64,000 bases of DNA from the human T2T-CHM13v2.0 reference genome, Homo sapiens. Shown here in pieces: positions 58,135-64,000 of this stretch. The stretch's first letter is position 1; each line of letters opens with the position of its first letter. Both the position numbers and the translations under genes were made by a program. Under the pieces are notes generated by a model. That model did not search any database. It had not been told where the DNA came from and was given only the letters and a program-made list of their open reading frames with translations. Where the stretch lies: the NCBI RefSeq assembly GCF_009914755.1, contig NC_060927.1. One strand, given 5' to 3'.

Positions 58135-59148
58135 TTACAATTTGCCATGTTTTTGCAGTGGGTGGTACCAGTTGTTCCTTTCTATGTTTAGTGCTTCCTT
58201 CAGGAGCTCTTTTAGGGCAGGCCTGGTGGTGACAAAATCTCTCAGCATTTGCTTGTCTGTAAAGTATTTTATTTCTCCTTCACTTATGAAGCTTAGTTTG
58301 GCTAGACATGAAATTCTGGGTTGAAAATTCTTTTCTTTAAGAATGTTGAATATTGGCCCCCACTCTCCTCTGGCTTGTAGAGTTTCTGCCAAGAGATCTG
58401 CTGTTAGTCTGATGGGCTTCCCTTTGTGGGTAACCCGACCTTTCTCTCTGGCTGCCCTTAACATTTTTTCCTTCATTTCAACTTTGTTGAATCTGACAAT
58501 TATGTGTCTTGGAGTTGCTCTTCTCAAGGAGTATCTTTGTGGTGTTCTCTGTATTTCCTGAATTTGAGTGTTGGCCTGCCTTGAGGTTGGGGAAGTTCTC
58601 CCGGATAATATCCTGCAGAGTGTTTTCCAACTTGGTTCCATTCTCCCGATCACTTTCAGGTACACCAATCAGACATAGATTTCATCTTTTCACATAGTCC
58701 CATATTTCTTGGAGGCTTTGCTTGTTTCTTTTTACTCTTTTTTCTCTAAACTTCTCTTCTTGCTTCATTTCATTCATTTGATCTTCAATCACTGATACCT
58801 TTTCTTCCAGTTGATCGAATCGGCTACTGAAGCTTGTGCATTCGTCACATAGTTCTCATGCCATGGTTTTCAGCTTCATCAGGTCTTTAAGGACTTCTCT
58901 ATACTGGTTATTCTGGTTAGCCATTTGTCTAATCTTTTTTCAAGGTTTTTAGCTTCTTTGCAATGGGTTCAAACTTCCTCCTTTAGCTCGGAGAAGTTTG
59001 ATTGTCTGAAGCCTTCTTCTCTCAACTTGTCAAAGTCATTCTCCATCCAGCTTTGTTCCATTGCTGGTGAGGAGCTGCGTTCCTTTGGAGTGGGAGAGGT
59101 GCTCTGATTTTTAGAATTTTCAGCTTTTGTGCTCTGTTTTTTCCCCAT
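58135..59148 (-). pseudogene. L1 ORF1p remnant
   Basis: ATGGGGAAA start at 59148; RRATPRHIIVRF..REKGRVTHKGKPIRLTADL; frameshifted. Confidence 0.93.
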
Positions 59149-60171
59149 CTTTGTGGTTTTATCTACTTTTGGTCTTTGATGATGGTGACATACAGATGGG
59201 GTTTTGGTGTGGATGTCCTTTCTTTTTGTTAGTTTTCCTTCTAACAGACAGGACCCTCAGCTGCAGGTCTGTCGGAGTTTGCTGGAGGTCCACTCCAGAC
59301 CCCGTTTGCCTGGGTATCAGCAGTGGAGGCTGCAGAACTGTGAATATTGCTGAACAGCAAATGTTGCTATCTGATGGTTCCTCTGGAAGTTGTGTCTTAG
59401 AGGGGTACCCGACCCTGTGAGGTGTCAGTCTGCCCCTACTGGGGGGTGCCTCTCAGTTAGGCTACTTGGGGGTCAGGGACCCACTTGAGGAGGCAGTCTG
59501 TCCGTTCTCAGATCTCAAACTCCGTAGAACCACTGCTGTCTTCAAAGCTGTCAGATAGGGACATTTAAGTCTGCAGAGGTTTCTGCTGCCTTTTGTTTGA
59601 CTATGCCCTGCCCCCAGAGGTAGAGTCTACAGAGGCAGGCAGGCCTCCTTGAGCTGCGGTTGGCTCCACCCAGTTCAAGCTTCCTGGCCACTTTGTTTAC
59701 CTACTCAAGCCTCAGCAATGGCAGGCGCCCCTCCCCCAGCCTCGCTGCCACCTTGCAGTTTGATCTCAGACTGCTGTGTTAGCAATGAGCGAGGCTCCGT
59801 GGGTGTGGTACCCTCCGAGCCAAGCACGGGATATAATCTCCTGGTGTGCCATTTGCTAAGACCATTGGAAAGGTGTAGTATTATGGTGGGAGTGACCCAA
59901 TTTTCCAGGTGCCATCTGTCACAGCTTCACTTGACTAGGAAAGGGAATTCCCTGACCCCCTGTGCTTCCTGGGTGAGGCGATGCCTCACCCTGCTTCTGC
60001 TCTTGCTCAGTGCACTGCACCCACTGTCCTGCACCCACTGTCCGACAAGCCCCAGTGAGATGAACCGGGTACCTCAGTTGGAAATGCAGAAATCACCTGT
60101 CTTCTGCGTTGCTCATGCTGGGAGCTGTAGACTGGAGTTGTTCCTATTCGGCCATCTTGGAACCTTTTTTC
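59149..60171. promoter_or_regulatory. L1 5'UTR carrying sense (- strand) and antisense (+ strand) promoters
   Basis: Complete L1PA 5'UTR with YY1 site; many CpGs decayed; activity not shown by sequence. Confidence 0.6.
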
Positions 60172-60245
60172 TCTCTAAGCTATTTTGTAGTAAAACTTTG
60201 ATAAACAGAAGAATCCCTAGGGAATCTCCTTTGGGACTTTACTGA
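59718..60245 (+). CDS. L1 ORF0 homolog, open for 175 aa and ending in flanking DNA (putative)
   Basis: MAGAPPPASLPPCSLISDCC.. matches the ORF0 N-terminus; Kozak GCAATGG; no stop until 60243-60245; expression unknown. Confidence 0.45.
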   Translation: MAGAPPPASLPPCSLISDCCVSNERGSVGVVPSEPSTGYNLLVCHLLRPLERCSIMVGVTQFSRCHLSQLHLTRKGNSLTPCASWVRRCLTLLLLLLSALHPLSCTHCPTSPSEMNRVPQLEMQKSPVFCVAHAGSCRLELFLFGHLGTFFLSKLFCSKTLINRRIPRESPLGLY

Positions 60246-61249
60246 CACGTGTCCTTGTAACAAAGTTTGTCCAAAGCAATTCTGAGCCAAGTCTCTAACA
60301 AATATTTGAATTTTGACACCTCCATTTCTTTCTCCCGGTAGGCAGTGGTCAACTGAGCATCACAAAATGCAGAGATCAAGCAAGCTAGAACAATCCTATT
60401 AAAAATTAGGAGCCTCATCAAAATGCTCATTAGAATAAACGGCTCATCACTAGTATCTGAGTTCCTTCTATCCTTGAAATTACCATGAAAACCACAATAA
60501 AATGCTTACATAAAGTAAAAATAATGTCATATCCTCTTAGATATATGTCCCCGAATGAGAGTTCTATAATTATATATTTCTCTGTATAGCACCTATTCAT
60601 TTAAAACACTATCTAGTCTATTGATATTTTCTTACTAAATAATCTTCCACAGCCATGCCTAATCAATATTTCTGGCATGAAAACAAGGATGTTTTTGGAT
60701 TTATAACTTTTATTTATCAGAAGTTATATCAACATTCCTTTAACAGGAATGAGAATAATGACATGATCAAATATTGTTTTCTTCATTTCTTGATTTCTTT
60801 TTATTTTCATGGCATACCTTGTTTATTATTTCATCCCTAAACAATGAGATCTGCTGCACCCTAGACCAGCTGAATTAGCACCATTTATGAACTTGCAGGA
60901 AACCAAACTGCAGTGACAGCAGGTTTAGCAAAGCTGCCTTTAAAAATGGAAAGTGACTTTAAAAATGGCATAAAGAAGGCATGACACAAATGTGAATTGA
61001 GACATATCTTCACTAGAGACTTGCATAAGTATTTAAATTTCCTGTTTCCAGATGTCAAATTGGTAATATATTCTCTTCAAAATTGTATTATAATTACCAA
61101 ATGTGTCAGTCACTCTTGGCAGCTGGTGTGTAGGTACACTGTGTTTGGATCTAACTTCTCATAAATATATGGTGTGAATAGTTTTTCATTACTTGGAGAC
61201 TGAGTGAGTTTTTTAAAACCTGTCCAGTTTTCCTTTTCAGAAAACTTAC

Positions 61250-61420
61250 TGGGGGTGGATAAAGAATGGGAGCTCTTTTGGAGCATATTGATGGACTGGA
61301 TAATGTTTTAATTGTATAGGTGCTATGTAGGAGTCGTTTATAAATGTATACACCTCATAAAATACATCAGGGCTGTATGTCCAAATGCTAGATGAATATT
61401 AGATACATTATCTTTTTTTA
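61250..61420 (+). mobile_element. Old L1ME/MC 3' terminal fragment
   Basis: TAATGTTTT..TATAAATGTATACAC..CATCAGGGCTGTA pattern. Confidence 0.4.
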
Positions 61421-62429
61421 AAAAAAATCTTTCTCTCCTTATATTCCCAGTGACTTTTTAAAAAATGCTAATTTCATGATTTTTTTGTCCTGAGATTCAT
61501 TACCTGTGCATTCACACTTTCCCATGTACAAACAAGAAAATACATTTCAGAACACCTCGGGAAAATACATTATAACGTATTTCTCAATGTGAAAATAGAA
61601 AAACAAATGTTTTTTCACTATTTCACTTAGGATGTAGATGTGATAGGTACCTGTCCTTGTGTCAGGACCACAGAGTTCATTTCTTACTGCTGTAAACTGG
61701 GTTGGCATGGGATTGAGTAGCTTTATGTAAATGATTTTCCCAGGGTTTCCACTTTCCAATGTATGACATAGCTAAATAAATTAATTTGTTAGGTTTTTCT
61801 TAGAACTAACTAATATTAGAAACACCCTCTACTATTTATTTCCTAAAGCCCAATTTACTTTTTTCTCCTTCCTTATGAAGGAAGGAAGGGCAGCCCTATA
61901 GCCACATGGTTCTTACACAATAAGAATTCTTCCCTCGCATCAAGCATGGTCCGCCTCTTGAATGTTATCTCACCGTGTATGTATTTTGTTTCCCAATTTA
62001 TTTATAGAAAACGTAAATTCTGACCTCTAGGATTATTTCCTGACCACAGCCTTCCACTTGTGCCCTTAGAGTTAACAACGGACCTTATTCTTTCAGTATT
62101 GGGCCTCATCCCCCCTATTTAGTTATATATGAAGAGCCTGTGCTGGGGCTATTTCCTGGGAGGAAAAACAACAACAACAAAAAATGTGTGCAAACCACTT
62201 CTCCACAATGTTTGTCACAAAGTCTCAGCTAAAATGGTTTGGATTGGGTCATGGGTCAAGTGTATGTTGCAATTTTGTAGTCAAACTCCCTGATTTTTTA
62301 ATTTCTTACCTCCAAGTTATCACAGCTCATGCCTCTTACTTTTTGCTCCCCTTCATCCAAAGTAGATTTTTATTGCTATGCAGTTAGGATTATATACCTC
62401 AGTGATGGTTGGTTAGCTAAAAGTTGCAT

Positions 62430-63065
62430 GATACTGTAGAAAAAGTTCAGATTTAGGGCTAGAAAATCTGTCATCTCATCTATAAAATGAAAATAATGGC
62501 AACAATAGTAACACCTAACTTACAAGGTAGTTGTAAGGAATCAAAAGGAATTGCTACATAATCGTGAAAGCAATTGTTGGTGGTAGAATTCTAAACTCAC
62601 TTTAATTTCTGTTCACTTCACTTCCTTCTTTTAAATGGCAACAACTATGATATTCCTGTGATCTCTACCATTTTAGCACCTCCTCATTTCCCATCACACC
62701 GTAAAAATATAAAAATGTTGCCCTTTCTCTTTCCAGACAAGTTCCATTACTCCCAACATTGGGTGGTGAAGGTAACTTTTCAGGTCTTTATGTACAGGAT
62801 GGTAATGACAAAATCTAGAATTGACATGAGGTACAGGGAGATAAAAATATTGAAGATCATATCTTGTTATGGAAAGAACATAAGATTTAGAACCAGACAG
62901 ACCTGGGTGTGAAGACTGTCTCTACTATGCGCTAGCTTGCTATGTGACCTAAGACTTGCTATGTAACCTCCCTTAACCTGTTTCCTCCCTGGCCACAATG
63001 GAGAATAAGTTCCATTTGTAAAGTAGCACATTGGACAATCATCCCATGGTAGATGCTATTATTCA
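62430..63065 (+). mobile_element. Two MIR fragments (62430-62590, 62860-63065)
   Basis: CTCATCTATAAAATGAAAATAAT..AAGGTAGTTGTAAGGA; CAGACAGACCTGGGTGTGAA..TGTGACCT. Confidence 0.72.
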
Positions 63066-63313
63066 CATTCATGGAGTGTCTCTATAAAAAGTTTGTCAAA
63101 AGCTTTTATTAGCTTTGTCATGTGAGGGGGTATTCCAGCCTGGAGTGTTATAAAGGCAACAGATGGCCTTTTAGAGCTCTCATACTTAATACACGCATTC
63201 CTGAAGAGTCCTAGTCACAGATAATTTCCTCAGGGCCAATGTGAAGTGACAATCCAGCTAACACTTCAGAGTGTGATGTTTCATTTTTGGAGGGCATATA
63301 AACCAGCATTTTC

Positions 63314-63671
<358 letters not shown>

Positions 63672-63885
63672 TCATGTATGGCAAGAATTTGGCAGCAGAG
63701 ATGCTTTTCCTGGAACTCTTCAAATACTTTACTTTGCCCAAGAACAGATAAAAAGGACCTAAATCTATCTAGTTACAGATGACTTACCAGTTACTGAATA
63801 CCTACTATTAGCAGAATGGATACATTTCTAAAATTTGAAACTGAACAGCTTGATGTAGCTTTTAAGAAATTTAACATTTTTTTTA

Positions 63886-64000
63886 AATTTATTGTTTATT
63901 ATTATTTTTTGAGACGGAGTCTCACTCTGTCGCCCAGGCTGGAGTGCAGTGTCGCCATCTTGGCTCACTGCAAGCTCTGCCTCCCAGGTTCACGCCATTC
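63886..64000 (-). mobile_element. AluY, cut by window end
   Basis: GAGACGGAGTCTCACTCTGTCGCCCAGG..CAAGCTCTGCC..TTCACGCCATTC. Confidence 0.93.

Overview
Primate genomic DNA (human-like: AluY/S/J, THE1A, L1PA5 to L1PA17), AT-rich and dominated by transposable elements, consistent with an intergenic or intronic region. I find no recognisable cellular protein-coding exon, RNA gene or CpG island; the longer ORFs I can assign are L1- or Alu-derived. Main contents: two full-length L1s (L1PA12/13-like, + strand, 17484-24361, splitting a Tigger3b; L1PA5-like, - strand, 54044-60171, 15-bp TSD), an orphan L1PA15/16 5' end, several rearranged L1MA/MB copies, about 9 Alu/FLAM copies, MaLR LTRs, MER DNA transposons and MIR/L2 relics. 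Best leads: (1) an open L1 ORF0 (175 aa) that runs out of the element into unique DNA, with a nearby acceptor and polyA signals; (2) a 3'-truncated L1 apparently flanked by a TSD (possible internal priming); (3) several readable template-switch scars; (4) an ancient palindromic MER135-like element; (5) four non-coding + strand exon candidates. Subfamily names come from remembered consensus sequences and need RepeatMasker/Dfam confirmation. I cannot support a wholly new biological system here.
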